Assembly (NCBI RefSeq): GCF_006345805.1
Contig: NC_043006.1
Coordinates: 48,174,001-48,238,000, forward strand
DNA length: 64,000 bases
From: Octopus sinensis
Lineage: Eukaryota
Reading direction: 5' to 3'
This document shows positions 37,059-50,388 of the stretch, piece by piece. The notes under the pieces were generated by a model. That model searched no databases. It had not been told where the DNA came from and saw only the letters and a program-made list of their open reading frames with translations. Made by a program: the position numbers and the translations under genes. Each line of letters begins with the position of its first letter. The stretch's first letter is position 1.

Positions 37059-39423
37059 CAACATATATATATATATAGAGAGAGATACAGACAGACAGAC
37101 AGACAGACAGAGACAGAGAAATGGAGAGAGACAGACAGACAGACAGACCACAGACTATATAAATAAGAATATGTAAGTATATATATATATAGAGAGAGAG
37201 AGACAGACAGACAGACAGGCAGAGACAGAGACATGGAGAGAGATAGACAGACAGACAGACAGACAGACCACAGACTGACAAAGATGACATAGTTCGGTGA
37301 ACCTTTAAATAGTTGCGCAAAATGCTACAAATAGGAAACAAATCTTCAAATCACTCCAACATTTGTCTCAGAAAAGTGATGGAGACATGTTACGATGTAA
37401 TTCTGCATGCTCTCAAAAATAAATGGGATTATCATGGTTAAACTGCTATATTTATATATCTGACTAATTAGGACTGACTCGGGATAATATAGAACACCCA
37501 TTGTTACTTTCAAGTAAGAAAATGTAATAATTGCTTCAAATTTAGGCACAAGGCCAGCAATTTTTTTAAGAGAGAGACATATCATTTATATCGAACCCCA
37601 ATGCTCAACTGTTACTTATATCATCGACTTTTAGAGGATAAAATGTATAGTCGATCTCGGCTGCATTTGAACTCGGAATGTAAAACCAGAAAAAAGGTAG
37701 CTAAGCATTTTTACGGTATGCTTTATCGTAGTACCTCGATAACTGTAGCTGCTATAGAAAAGCTGGGAAACCCTCTTGTCCAATTAATTTTCAGCATATT
37801 TCGAGAATTAATTAATATCTCATATAAATTATTACATAACATCGGTCGATGATGGCCATATATTCTATAGAATGGCATTTCATGTGTCCCGTGATAATGA
37901 TATCATTGTCCTCGTAGATTTATTGAATCACCCAAAGACTATTAGGAAATAAACAGGATTAACATCATTATTCATGAACAACCAGCACCTGCTTTCTAGC
38001 AGTTGAACACGGGTGTTGCTATTACAGAGGGCTCTCTTAGAAACTGGAAACATCAATTACTTCTCTATGCGAGTGATTTCGTTAATATGTAATATGTAAC
38101 TGAATAAATAAATAAAGTATTCTTTGAAATCACGTGCCAGATCGAATAGCAAGGCTAAGTAAGATAAGTGATATTTCTCACATGAATCTGAATAACTGCG
38201 CCGCTTCCTGTTGTTCATCTCCAAGCTCAGTTCTGCATCAAGTTACGGAAACGTCTTGCATCATCTCATCTCTAGGATAGAATGTTTCCTGCCAAATGTC
38301 TCTATTACAACATGAATTCATGGTGTGGTGTCTTATACACTGTCTATTCTTACATACGTGGTTTGCGTATAACCACACATGATGTTACACTTAGCCTTGA
38401 ATATTGTACTCTGCATACATACATACATACATGGAGATATATATATAAAAAAAAAGTCGGCAATGCCTGTGCAGAGTTTTAGGTCCAATAAGGCTTGCAC
38501 AACACCTCATAGACCCTCTCCACTCTATTGACATTATCCAGAGACAAGCCGGAGCAAGATGTCTGGTGCCAATATGAGTCGCAGGCTCAGGGATGTGGGA
38601 GCGCCGTGATCTCTAGCACAAACCAAAGATCCCCAAAATGTTCAATGCCATTCCCTGCATATCTGGTTTTATATCAGAGTGACCTTCTCCTAGAGACGTG
38701 CTTTAACAAAAGCTGAGGGGCGCCTCACTCTCAGTGGTCTTTCAGCACGCCGGACACCACCCCGGAATTTCTACGTACCCGTGCTAACATTTATTGGATG
38801 ACCGTTGACTCTCAAGAGGTCCTCACATACATACATACATACATACATACATACATACATACATACATACATACATACATACATACATACGTACGTACAT
38901 GTACCATTTATATGCAACCAAGACAGCTGACACCAGATATACACAACCTCCAAGAAGAGAGATCTGCAAATGTAGTCATCAGTCTTTAGTTCCCTATGTT
39001 ATTACGAAATCAAAATCTCTATCCATATTACATCAGTACAACCTACAACAGATATCTCAGCTGCTCATCACTTATAAGAATACATATAAATTGCTGCTGG
39101 AAGTGTAGGATTTCCTTTCAGGTTCAAATAATATCTCAGCCATGGTCAATTTTTGTGGAATTTTGCACTGAATGTCATTAACCAATGTCATCCACTGTGT
39201 CTCCAGCTAATGAAGTCTGAGGAAATATGATCTTCGCAATTTCTCTCAAGCTGGAAGCATAGACCCAATCAAATGCGTCTACCCTCTCTACAAAGCTCTA
39301 ATATATCCTTCATCAATGCTTTATTTTCGTATCTGTATCGGTGTAAAAAATTTACTTCAAATTTTGCACATACGTTACGAACGTTAGTACTAGGTTCACT
39401 GTTCCGTATTTCGTACAAAGTCA

Positions 39424-39520
39424 GGTATGTGGCCGAGTGGTTAGAGTGTTGAACTGATAATTTTAGGATTGTGGTTTCGATTCCTGGACCGGGCAATGCA
39501 TTGTGTTCTTGAGCAAAACA
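39424..39520 (+). mobile_element. SINE family C 5' part
   Basis: tggccgagtggttagag...ggtttcgattcctggaccggg...gtgttcttgagcaaaacac. Confidence 0.78.
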
Positions 39521-40104
39521 CACGTCTGGCAGGAATGAATATTGTTGAGACAAACCAGTGTCCCGTTTAGGGAGAGAGAGAATATGTACGCAAAAGAAAC
39601 TGAGACACCTACTCTTTGAATCTACCTAACTTGGGAAGGAGCTTTTTCCAACCACATCGGCTCCTTTATCTTATGAACTACCAAGTCCAATGATCCGTCC
39701 ACCAAACTTTCGATTTTAATGCTTCTCTTCTTACCCGCCATTCTTTCTTTCTTCCACGCCAATAACTATGTATATCTATTTGCTTTACTCTGTTCCTTCC
39801 TAAAATCTCAGTCCCTTAAATCACTTCACTGCCGGTGTTTTCCAGATTGAACTTACAGAAATAGCCATCGAATGCAGAGATCCAATTAATTCTCATATTC
39901 CAAGATGAATTGAACTATAGATTTTAGAGGCCCACATCTCAGAGCTCTCTGTCAGTTGGAGAGCCTCCAGGAATTAAGTAAAATATCATCAAAGATATCA
40001 CTGGTGGTCATGTAGTATTTGAATCCTAGTAGCCTACAAAACTGCTAAATCTTAATCCGGTCCGTACTATATTACATTCTTCATGCAACAATATGCTATC
40101 TATA

Positions 40105-40496
40105 GGTGCGAGCTGGCAGAATCGTTAGCACGCCGGGCGAAATGCTTAGCGGTATTTCGTCTGCCGCTACGTTCTGAGTTCAAATTCCGCCGAGGTCGAC
40201 TTTGCCTTTCATCTTTTCGAAGTCGATTAAATAAGTACCAGTTACGCACTGGTGTCGATGTAATCGACTTAATCCGTTTGTTTGTCCTTGTTTGTTTCCT
40301 CTGTGTTTAGCCCCTAGTGGGTAGTAAAGAAATGGATATTACGTCTGTCTTTACATTCTGAGTTCAAATTCCGCCGAGGTCGACTTTGCCTGCCATCCTT
40401 TCAGGGTCGATAAATTAATTACCAGTTGCGTACTGGGATTGATCTAATCGACTGGCCTCACTCCACATTTCGGGCCTTGTGCCCAGAGTAGAAAAG
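40105..40496 (+). mobile_element. SINE family B tandem dimer
   Basis: Full unit, restart at atattacgtctg, ends in the alternative tail atttcgggccttgtgcccagagtagaaaag. Confidence 0.9.
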
Positions 40497-40829
40497 TTCT
40501 ATAGGTACATCGAAATACCCATTACATGGTACTACGACGTTTGAGTTTGGACTGATGAGCGTGCCTTAGTGAAATACAACTATTACAGTTATACTCATGA
40601 TATCTACATCATTTTATCTATACATAAGTGGAATGTGCTGATGGAATTTGAGTGCCAATGCGACAAGAACTACAGGATATGAAATAGCTATATTCAAGTA
40701 GATACATATATAATTACCTGGCATGTGACAAGAGTCTTGGTGCTTCGTTTTGTCAATGAAAAAACATATGATTCTACATGCCTTGTCACTAGATTGCTGT
40801 TTTGTTGTAAATAATAATCATTTCAATTA

Positions 40830-41216
40830 TTGGTACGAGGTTAGCAATTTCAGGCGGGCGCAAGTAGATCGCATTGACCTCACTGTTTGACTTGCACTTT
40901 ATTTTTATTGACCTCGAAAGAAAGAAGAGCAAAGTCGACCGTTGTGGAAACTGAACTCAGAACGTGATAATGATTCTGTCAGCTGTTTTACTACTAAGAG
41001 CAATGATAAAAATAATTATGTATACTATACGCACAAGGTAGGAAAATTTAGGGCAGGAGATTAGTCGATTTCATCGGGCCCCCAAAGTTCAACTGGTATT
41101 TATTTTATCCACCCCGGAAAAGATGAAAGACAATGTTGAATTCAGGACGTAATCGGTTGGGAGAATTTCGGCTATGCATTTTGTACGGCGAGCTTACAAC
41201 TCTACCATCTTGCCGT
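40830..41216 (-). mobile_element. Two diverged SINE family B copies
   Basis: aaagtcgacc..gaactcagaacg and gaaaagatgaaagacaatgttgaattcagg remnants. Confidence 0.65.
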
Positions 41217-41218
41217 CT

Positions 41219-41251
<33 letters not shown>

Positions 41252-41252
<1 letters not shown>

Positions 41253-41432
41253 GAAGTACGTGGAACAAACAGGGGCTGCAATAAGGGTGGAGCACTTGCA
41301 GAAAACAGCACTGCTTGGCACCGCTCGAATACTCCGGAAGGTGCTCGAAAAATAAGAGGTGTTACCTGACTTCACTGGTAGTGAACAGCCGGCACTGTAG
41401 TAAATCTCCAGCGTTAAAAGCTGTGCAACGCC
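41252..41432 (+). mobile_element. R4/Dong-like LINE 3' end inserted in (AAT)n
   Basis: KYVEQTGAAIRVEHLQKTALLGTARILRKVLEK* (41254-41355), short 3'UTR, (AAT)n on both sides. Confidence 0.85.
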
Positions 41433-41478
<46 letters not shown>

Positions 41479-41479
41479 T

Positions 41480-41645
41480 TAATGGTTTCAAATTTTGCCA
41501 CAAGGGCAGAAATTTTTTTTGCGGGGGGGGGGGTGAGTCGATTACATCGGCCCCAGTGTTCAACTGGTGCTTATTTTATCGATCCAGAAAGGATGAAACG
41601 TAAAGTCGACCGTGGCTGAATCTGAACTCAGAACCTGAAGACAGA
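41480..41645 (-). mobile_element. SINE family B
   Basis: caactggtgcttattttatcgatccagaaaggatgaaacgtaaagtcgaccg...gaactcagaac. Confidence 0.8.
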
Positions 41646-42923
41646 CGTCTATCAAGCATTGTCTATTCACTGGTAGTTAGTGCACAACTGTTTTAGCCCG
41701 AGCTTTAAGGTATATATGAACAGAATTACTTTTAAGAGAAAAATAGAATATGTTTTATACAACAGTAAACAAGGATGATTTCTTTCTAAATTATTCTGAA
41801 GTTATTCAATAATGCCTCACGTTTCGCAAACCATTATATTAACAATCTATTGACAACAAACATACATTTACCATTTCAGTTTAGACATTACCATAAAATG
41901 AGAGACCTTCACTTTCTAGTTTAACACACTGCACTATTACTAGCGATGTATTTTGGAATGGTCGTACTTCCCTATAATTAAACAAATGCACTGATTGTAA
42001 TTACATTGTTTTATTATTTCGTTGTCGGTTATGAAAGATTGATAGTGTGATTGGAACATTTAAACGGCGAAACAAATGTCTCTGAACATTTAATGATCTA
42101 CATTTATGTTCGGTGTTCAATTCCCACCCGGGGCGATGTTGTCTTTCATTGATTTGATGTTGTTAAAATAAACATCAGCAAGGTACTAGTTTGATTCAAC
42201 TGCTTATATTTCTTTATTACAAACGTATGGCAGAAAACCAAGGCTAGATTTATCTACCGTATATTTATTGTTATATTCTTTGCCCATGTTGAGTTTTCAA
42301 ATGGTCAGGCTTTATGTGCAGGGTTTATTCATTGATTGATTCACTCGAGATTTGTTCGATTAATTTCTAGTTTCAATGCAGTTGCCTTCGCCGTGATGTG
42401 AGCAATAAAAGAAATGAAATTTGCGTGAACCAAAGGGAAACATTAGGAAGTGACAAGTGATGAAGTAATATCATCTTTTAACTGTTTTTATAGCGTGATT
42501 CCGCATCTGACTACACTAGGCAGATCAATGTTTAAATTCGTGTCTGCCCATAATTTTTGAATACTGAGGACGATATTCTCAAATGTATTTCACACTACAA
42601 CACAGGACTATCATATTTCTTTACATAAAAAAAATAAACAAGGGTGATAATACATATATACGATATTCAGAAATGTTCTATTCTAAACCGCATTTAACAA
42701 GTAATATTTAATATACCACAAATTTTGCATATTAGAGACTATATTGCCTAATGCAGTGCTCCACAAACTTTTTCACTTGCAGTACACTTACATTCTTTTC
42801 AAAATTCGGAGGCACACCTGAACTAAAAATATAACTAGAAGTAAAGGGGAAATAATTATACTCAGATTACACTGTGGCACACTTAACATCGTCTCGTGGC
42901 ACACCAATACGCCGCGGCATACT

Positions 42924-43333
42924 GGTGGCGAGCTGGCAGAATCGTTAGCACGCCGGGCGAAATGCTTAGCGTTATTTCGTCTGCCGCTACGTTCTGAGTT
43001 CAAATTCCGCCGTGGTCGACTTTGCCTTTCATCCTTTCGGGGTCGATTAAATAAGTACCAGTTACGCACTGGGGTTAATGTAATCGACTTAATCCCTTTG
43101 TCTTTCCTTGTTTGTCTACTCTATGTTTAGCCCCTTGTGGGTAGTAAAGTATTTTGTCTGCCGCTACGTTCTGAGTTCAAATTCAGCCAAGGTCGACTTT
43201 GCTTTTCATCCTTTCGGGGTCGATTAAATAAGTACTAGTTACGCAGTGGGGTCGATATAATCGACTTAATCTGTTTGTCTGTCCTTGTTTGTCCCCTCTC
43301 TGTGTAGCCCCTTGTGGGCAGTAAACAAATAAG
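42924..43333 (+). mobile_element. SINE family B tandem dimer
   Basis: Full unit, restart at gtattttgtctgccgctacg. Confidence 0.92.
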
Positions 43334-43804
43334 ATACCGGCTGCGAAACGCTGGTCTAATATAATATATACTACCAAATAGAAAAGCCATACATATTTCT
43401 GAGTGAAAACAAACGGTTCGGTGGTCGTTCTACACTAAACCGCATTTATAATACAATATTCAGAACACCGAACCATATTAGTGAACATACATCACACTAT
43501 ATTGCACTATACAGCACTATGTAACATTACATTTAAATTAGCCTACTGTTGCTTCCGGCGACTGAACACCACCAATGATTAAGGTGAAGTTTGGATACGA
43601 GGAATGACGCGTCAAAGGGTAGATGAATCCATAGGTGTCAACTGATATCAAATCACATGATTGGGGTAAGAAACTCTCAAAAGAGATGAACAGCTAAATG
43701 TTTTCAGAATAGAAACCCCATTCGGACAAGTGTTTCACGTTAAAGGGGCTGGCAGGGTTGCATCCAGGTCATGATTCCTGGATGCCCTCCTGCTAAGATT
43801 TTTT

Positions 43805-43915
43805 AGTCTTGGATATCCCAGGACACCAATAATTACAGGTATAAACCTGAACTTGAAATCTGGATAGAGTAATTGCAAATTTCTCAGTAGTTCATGTATA
43901 TATGTATATGAGGGG
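43805..43915 (-). mobile_element. R4/Dong-like LINE fragment (RLE C-terminal region)
   Basis: ELLRNLQLLYPDFKFRFIPVIIGVLGY resembles the YxxLxxELxxLW...VIPVVIGALG motif. Confidence 0.65.
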
Positions 43916-44051
43916 ATTATCACTAACCCTAATTTCAGTTTCAAATAATCGCTTAACCAAAGACGTGCAATAGTACCGAATTTGGAACCACCTCCTTACG
44001 AAGCGAACATCTTAACTACATCGCTATTCTCAGCATCTCTCTTAGGTTTAT

Positions 44052-44272
44052 TCTTTTGCTTGTTTAAATCATTTGACTGCGGCCATGTTGGAGCCTCCAG
44101 TCGAGCAAATCAACCTCAGGACTTACTCTCTGTACGCCTAGTACTTATTCTATCGTTCACTTTTGCCGAACCGCTAAGTTACGGGGACGTAAACACACCA
44201 GCATCGATTGCCAAACGATGTTGGACACACACACACACATACACAAATATATATATATATATATTATATATA

Positions 44273-44345
<73 letters not shown>

Positions 44346-44514
44346 TATATACGACAAGCTTCTTTCAGTTTCCGTCAACCAAATCCAATCACAAGGCTTT
44401 GGTTGGCCCGAAGCTATAGTAGAAGACACTTGCCCAAGACGCCACGCAGTGGTACTGAACCCGTAACCATGTGATTGGTGAGCAAGCTACTTACCACACA
44501 GCCACCTCGGCGCC
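44052..44514 (-). mobile_element. SINE family A
   Basis: Full-length reverse complement with internal (TA)n. Confidence 0.9.
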
Positions 44515-44989
44515 TATAAGTGCCTATCAATTTATTTTTTGTGCTGTCATCCTTTTATTTTTCTTTCACATTTTTTTTCTTGAAAACTGTTTTCTTTTAG
44601 TAACTGTTTTTCTTTGATCAGTTTTGTCCTCTTACGTTTTTTATAATCTTTTTCTAATTCCTTTTACCGACTGATTAGTTTCTTCGAGGGATTTCTTCTT
44701 TTGTTTTTTGTTTTTTTGCTTTTAATTTTTTTCATGGTCATTGAATTAATTAATGATAAATGATGTTATTTGTGTCTTATTTATAATTTATGCTAGGATT
44801 CCTGTCTTTTGTTTTAATTTCTGATTTTTTAATTTTTTTTTCTGCTGGTCTTTTATGTCTTTTTTCGCTACGTTGACATTATTTTTTCTCATCTAATACA
44901 CACCATAATTAATCATTATTATAATCATTTTATTAATTATTATTTCTTTCCGACACAAAAAACACTCACATATATGTATGCCTGTACGT

Positions 44990-44991
44990 AC

Positions 44992-45022
<31 letters not shown>

Positions 45023-45126
45023 TGTATGTATGTATGTATGTATGTATGTAGGTAGGTAGGTAGGTAGGTAGGTTGGTAGGTAGGTAAGAAGGTAGGTAGG
45101 TAGGTAGGTAGGTAGGTAGGTAGGTG
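44990..45126. repeat. (TATG)n switching to (TAGG)n
   Basis: Read directly from the sequence. Confidence 0.93.
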
Positions 45127-45538
45127 GTTCTGCGGTTAGACTTTGTTGCTATTCCGAGTATCTTGATTTCTCCGTTATCATGCAACTGAGATCTGAATTT
45201 CAAAGCGCAGTATAAATGACAAGTATTCTGAGCATCGTCGGTGCTGGTGAAAGTTTGAAGTCGGCAGTCATTTTAAAAATAACTTTCAGAAATGTTATTA
45301 TAATGAAAAAAAATTAACCGTGTGCCGAAAGTAACGAAAAGATGGATGAAAACTAAAAATATCAAGAGAAAAACAGGAAAATCAATATTAATACAAAAAA
45401 TGTACAAAAAAAGGAAAATGGCTAAATGATAAAATATAGAATCTCAGGTGCATGCATGTACATTCATTTACAATACACACAGAGCTAGGAGCTTATAAAT
45501 GTTTCCCCCTCAAATATATATATATATATATAATATAT

Positions 45539-45682
45539 GCGCAGGAGTGGCTGTGTGGTAAGTAGCTTGCTTACCAACCCAACGGTTCCGGGTTCAGTCC
45601 CACTGCGTGGCACCTTGGGCTCGTGCCGACCAAAGCCTTGTGAGTGGATTTGGTAGACGGAAACTGAACGAATCCCGTCATG

Positions 45683-45727
<45 letters not shown>

Positions 45728-45958
45728 ATGTATGCGTGTGTGTGTGTGTGTGTGTGTGTGTTTGTCCTGCCCAACATCGCTTGACAAACGATGCTGGTGT
45801 GTTTACGTCCTCGTAACTTAGCGGTTCGGCAAAAGAGACCGATAGAATAAGTACTAGGCTTCCAAAGAATAAGTCCTGGGGTCGATTTGCTCGACTGAAG
45901 GCAGTGCTCCAGCATGGCCGCAGTCAAATCACTGAACCAAGTACAAGAGTAAAAGAGA
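45539..45958 (+). mobile_element. SINE family A with small internal deletion
   Basis: Homology to 6809-7224; caccttgggc is joined directly to tcgtgccgacc. Confidence 0.9.
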
Positions 45959-47264
45959 AAATATATATATATATAGAGAGAGAGAGTAGGAGAGAGAGAG
46001 AGAGAGAGAGAGAGAGGAAGAAAGAAAGAGACATACAAACATACAAACACACGCACGCAAACATACACACTCATACACACACATATATATAGGTTTCAAA
46101 TTTTGGCACAAGGGCACCAGTTTTCTGAAAAGTTTTACATCAATTACATCGATCCCAATGTTCAACGGGTATTTATTTTATCGATCCCGAACGGGTGAAA
46201 GGCAAAATTATCCAAGATGAAAATAGAACTCAGAATTAAAGAAGGACGAAATGCGGCTAAGCATCCCAGTGGGCTAACGAGTCTCCCAGTTCACGGTTTT
46301 ACAACATATATCTATATATTAAGAAGCAACCTTTATCTCCAACTTAGCGTGGGCGCTGTGATAGAACTCAGACTTCTCCATTACTTAACCTTTGACAGGA
46401 CCCCTTATATGGACTCGAAGTGCATAAACGCACTCGAATTTATATCGTTTACAGACGAAAACCTTCTGTTCCGGACGCCGGAGCAACCATATCCCGCGAT
46501 ATAGCCCTGCTTAGGACTCCCTGCTTAGAACTCCTGCAAACGATATCCGGTACGACATAGCCTCAGAATATAAACGTTTGTGCTTTTATGCACCAGGACT
46601 TCATATGGGAGCCCCTGTCTAGGAAATAACTTAATATTAATATTGCTTCCGTTCCTATTAATTTTTCTTAATGCGCCTCAGTTCCTGAATTGCGGCATCA
46701 GTTCCTGAATAGACACTGAAATTCTATATATTGTTGATAGGGAGAATCAACTGTTATATCGCTGGCATTGAGGAGCCCTGAGAAGGGCAAAATCACGTGA
46801 CCTGGTAGTTCCTTCTTAAAGGTCCTTAGCAAATTGTTTTTATAGCACTACATATAATAGACCAGTCCTCCAAGAATATGTAAACGCAGACCCTATTCAG
46901 ATTAGGAATTGTTGACCATCATGTACGGAGTACTGACAGGTATGTAACAACTCACTTTTCTAGTTACATTTATGCATTTCTGAATAAGTCTTATCAATGC
47001 TTCATATGCGTAAATGAAAACAAACGCTAACTATACAGAAACGAAAACGTTTTTCAATTATAAAATGAATAAATGAAATTGAATTTCGCTTTAAAGTTAC
47101 ACATTAGGTGGTTATCGGAATACCCTCGTATACGATATAGGGAATTACGATCTTCAATATAAATCACATGGGTCATGAAAATATCCGTAAAGTAAGCAAA
47201 GAAATTAAAATATATAGAAATAATTCTAAAGCAGCATTTGTTTGTTCCTTTTCAAGTCATGCTT

Positions 47265-47542
47265 GGCTCAGAAGGGCTGGTTTCCCGGTTTCCTTGGCTT
47301 ATATGTTCCCCACCTGGATGGGACGCTGGTCCATAGGAGGTGAGCTGCTGTATGCATAGGAGGTGAGCTGCTGGAGGAAAGAGTGAGAGAAAGTTGTGGC
47401 GAAAGAGTCAGGAGAAGTTCGCCATTACCTTCTGCCGGAGCCGCCTGGAGCTTAGGTGTTTTGCTGATAAAAACACACATCGCCCGGTCTGAGATTCGAA
47501 CCCGCGAATCCCCTGCTCTAAACACTAGGCCATGTGCCTCCA
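47265..47542 (-). mobile_element. SINE family C variant
   Basis: Minus-strand head tggcctagtgtttagagc..gggttcgaatc; tail ggaccagcgtcccatccagg...gaaaccgggaaaccagccc; internal tandem duplication cataggaggtgagctgctg. Confidence 0.78.
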
Positions 47543-48018
47543 TAAAGCAGCATTTGCCTAATTTTAAATAGCTGGACTACAAAACACAATATACATTGCG
47601 ATATCAATTTTTATTTCTATCAAATCAGAGCAGCATGCAGAGAAAACCCTTCATTTGTGTTACTCTGACTTGATACAAAATATTGATCAAATTTCAACCA
47701 CACGTCACACCATCAATTAGAAGAGGGTTGTATTGGATTATATAGTTTCTATGTATAACAAAGAGATGAAATAGTTATGGTTGGAATGTCATTGCGCATT
47801 GGTTTACTCAATGAGGGTCTAACATGAGGATAAACACCACTGATGATATGCTTTGTTGCAGTCAGTTGTTTATTTAACTACCATCCTAAGTTCACCCAAT
47901 ACCATCAGTGTTTCAGTAACTTAGATTAATAGTTAATGTCTCATATGATTATATCTACTTAACTTGAACTAGTCATCGTAAATTCCTGTTATAGTTTTAA
48001 CATTAACATTTTAACGTA

Positions 48019-48410
48019 GGCGTAGCAGTAGCCGTGTGGTAAGTAGCTTGCTTACCAACCACATGGTTCCGAGTTCAGTCCCATTGCGTGACACCTTGGG
48101 CAAGTGTCTTCTACTATAGCCCCGGGCTGACCAAAGTCTTGTGAGTGGATTTGGTAGACGGAAATTGGAAGAATCCCGTCGTATATATGTATATGTATGT
48201 GCGTATATATGTTTGTGTGTTTGTCCCTCCAACATCACTTGACAACCAATGCTGGTATGTTTTAGCTTAGCGGTTTGGTAAAAAGAGACCGCTAGAATAA
48301 GTACTAGGCCTACAAAGAATAAGTCCTGGGGTCGATGTTCTCGACTAAAGGCGGTGCTCTAGCATGGCCACAGTGAAATGGCTGAAACAAGTAAAAGAAA
48401 AAAGAGAAAG
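48019..48410 (+). mobile_element. SINE family A
   Basis: Homology to 6809-7224. Confidence 0.9.
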
Positions 48411-49627
48411 ATTAAATATGCAGAAAATATTTCATCTCAATGATGACTTATAGACGTTTGGATTAGAGAACTAGTTACCAAAAATATCTATGATTGCTTA
48501 CTACCGTCTACATCAACTCTGCTTCACCTCAAATCAATGAAAGCTTCATTTTGACTACCAGAAAAGATATGTTTTGTAGAGTTATATTTGAAAGCGACTG
48601 CATTGATGCCGTTATATTATTGATACTTTAATTCATAATTCCCAGTAGAATATAAAATGTTTTAAAATTCTCTATTGATAACTGAGAATGATAAAGGATG
48701 AAACTGAATTATTGAAATGCATTTCATTTGGTGCTCAGCTATTCCTGCACAACTGGTCGTCTTTTGAAAATTGAATCATTCATTAATATTCTTAACCTGA
48801 TTCTAATTAGTTGCCGAAGGCTGAATACTTGAGAGGTTATACATTCACATTTCAATACTATAGAGTCTCTATATCAACGATTTAATATAGCAGCTCCAAA
48901 TATATGATTAAATATTAATACAGGAATGCTCAAACATAAATCACAAATATATCGGTAATAAATGAAGGATTCAATACCTTAGTGTGGACCACTATCAATA
49001 ATTTCAGTTCTTCTGACGACCAATGTCAACGATTTGTTATTTCATTGACTCAGTATTCAATACTTAAGAGTTTCAATTATTTTTTTTCTTTTAGATCAAA
49101 TAGTTAAGTATTTTAACAGCTCAGTATCAATGTTTCAAAACATATGAAAGCTAAAATTCAGAACCTCACCGTATCAGTAATACAACGGTTCTTACAAAAT
49201 ACTAATTTCAGTGTCATTGACTTTATATGTTTTAACTGTCCTATAAAAATGAAACCATAATTTATATTCAGTAATGGAGCCTCCTACGGTCCGTGAATCT
49301 TTTTATGTGGCATAGCTAATGAAATATTACTTTTTTTGTGCAACCGTGTCTCATGTGTGTCGCTTCTCGATTAAGGCTGCTCATTCCTGACTTAAACTCG
49401 CCATGTCGTCCGATTTAGTATTTTAGTTTTGAAAATCTATGTTTAACTAGTGAAACACTGACCATCGATTTTTGCTTCAGGTTTTCTGTAATTGATTTGT
49501 GAGTTTCTAATATGGGGCAGGACCAATAATTTATATCATATCATCTGCAATGTGCGAATTAAGAAGTAATCACAGCATAAGTCTCAAGGACTAGACGCAT
49601 AACTGTAAGTAAAAGTGTAAGTCAGAC

Positions 49628-49832
49628 TATATACATACATACATATGTACATACATACATACATACATACATACATACATACATACATACTACATACATA
49701 CATACATACATACATACGTACGTACGTACATACATACATACATACATACATACATACATACATAGTACGTACGTACATACATACATACATACATACATAC
49801 ATACATACATACAACATACATACATACATACA

Positions 49833-49862
<30 letters not shown>
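49628..49862. repeat. (TACA)n microsatellite
   Basis: Read directly from the sequence. Confidence 0.95.
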
Positions 49863-49863
<1 letters not shown>

Positions 49864-49985
49864 CATCGATGGATGAGCGTTTGGCCATTCAGATTTGCAA
49901 GGAGCCATGAAATCTTGGATTTGTGAGTTCGATTCTGTCTGAGGTTAGTTCATCATTTTTCAGTAATTTGTTTACATTTAAAGTA

Positions 49986-50034
<49 letters not shown>

Positions 50035-50095
50035 CGCATAATATTTATACACACGCACACATTCATACACACATGCACACACACACACACGCACG

Positions 50096-50127
<32 letters not shown>

Positions 50128-50159
50128 CAGACATACATATATATATATGAGGGTTCACG

Positions 50160-50326
50160 GAAAAAAACAAAAGACGAAGACAAGTGGTGTACAAAACAAT
50201 CAGATGTATTAGTATAACGCTCAGGAATAGAAAAAGTCTTTTACGTTTCGAGCCTACGCTCTTCTACAGAAAGGAACACAGAGAAAAAAACAAGGAGAGA
50301 AAAAAATGTGTGTAATGGCTACCGAT

Positions 50327-50335
<9 letters not shown>
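50160..50335 (-). mobile_element. Probable Penelope-like terminal fragment with hammerhead-like motif (family 2) next to (TA)n
   Basis: Minus-strand 50237-50274: ccttt CTGTAGA a GAGC gtag GCTC GAAA CG TA aaaga. Homologous to 18113-18280. Confidence 0.62.

Positions 50336-50388
<53 letters not shown>

Noticed and set aside
38900-40030. Possible L1/Tx1-like LINE relic on the minus strand (AFDWV-like word)
   Set aside because: Too decayed; only isolated short motifs, so it cannot be supported without a translated search.
48420-49250. Degenerate minisatellite (recurring ctcagtattc / ttcaatac words)
   Set aside because: No consistent period can be established by eye in this AT-rich DNA.
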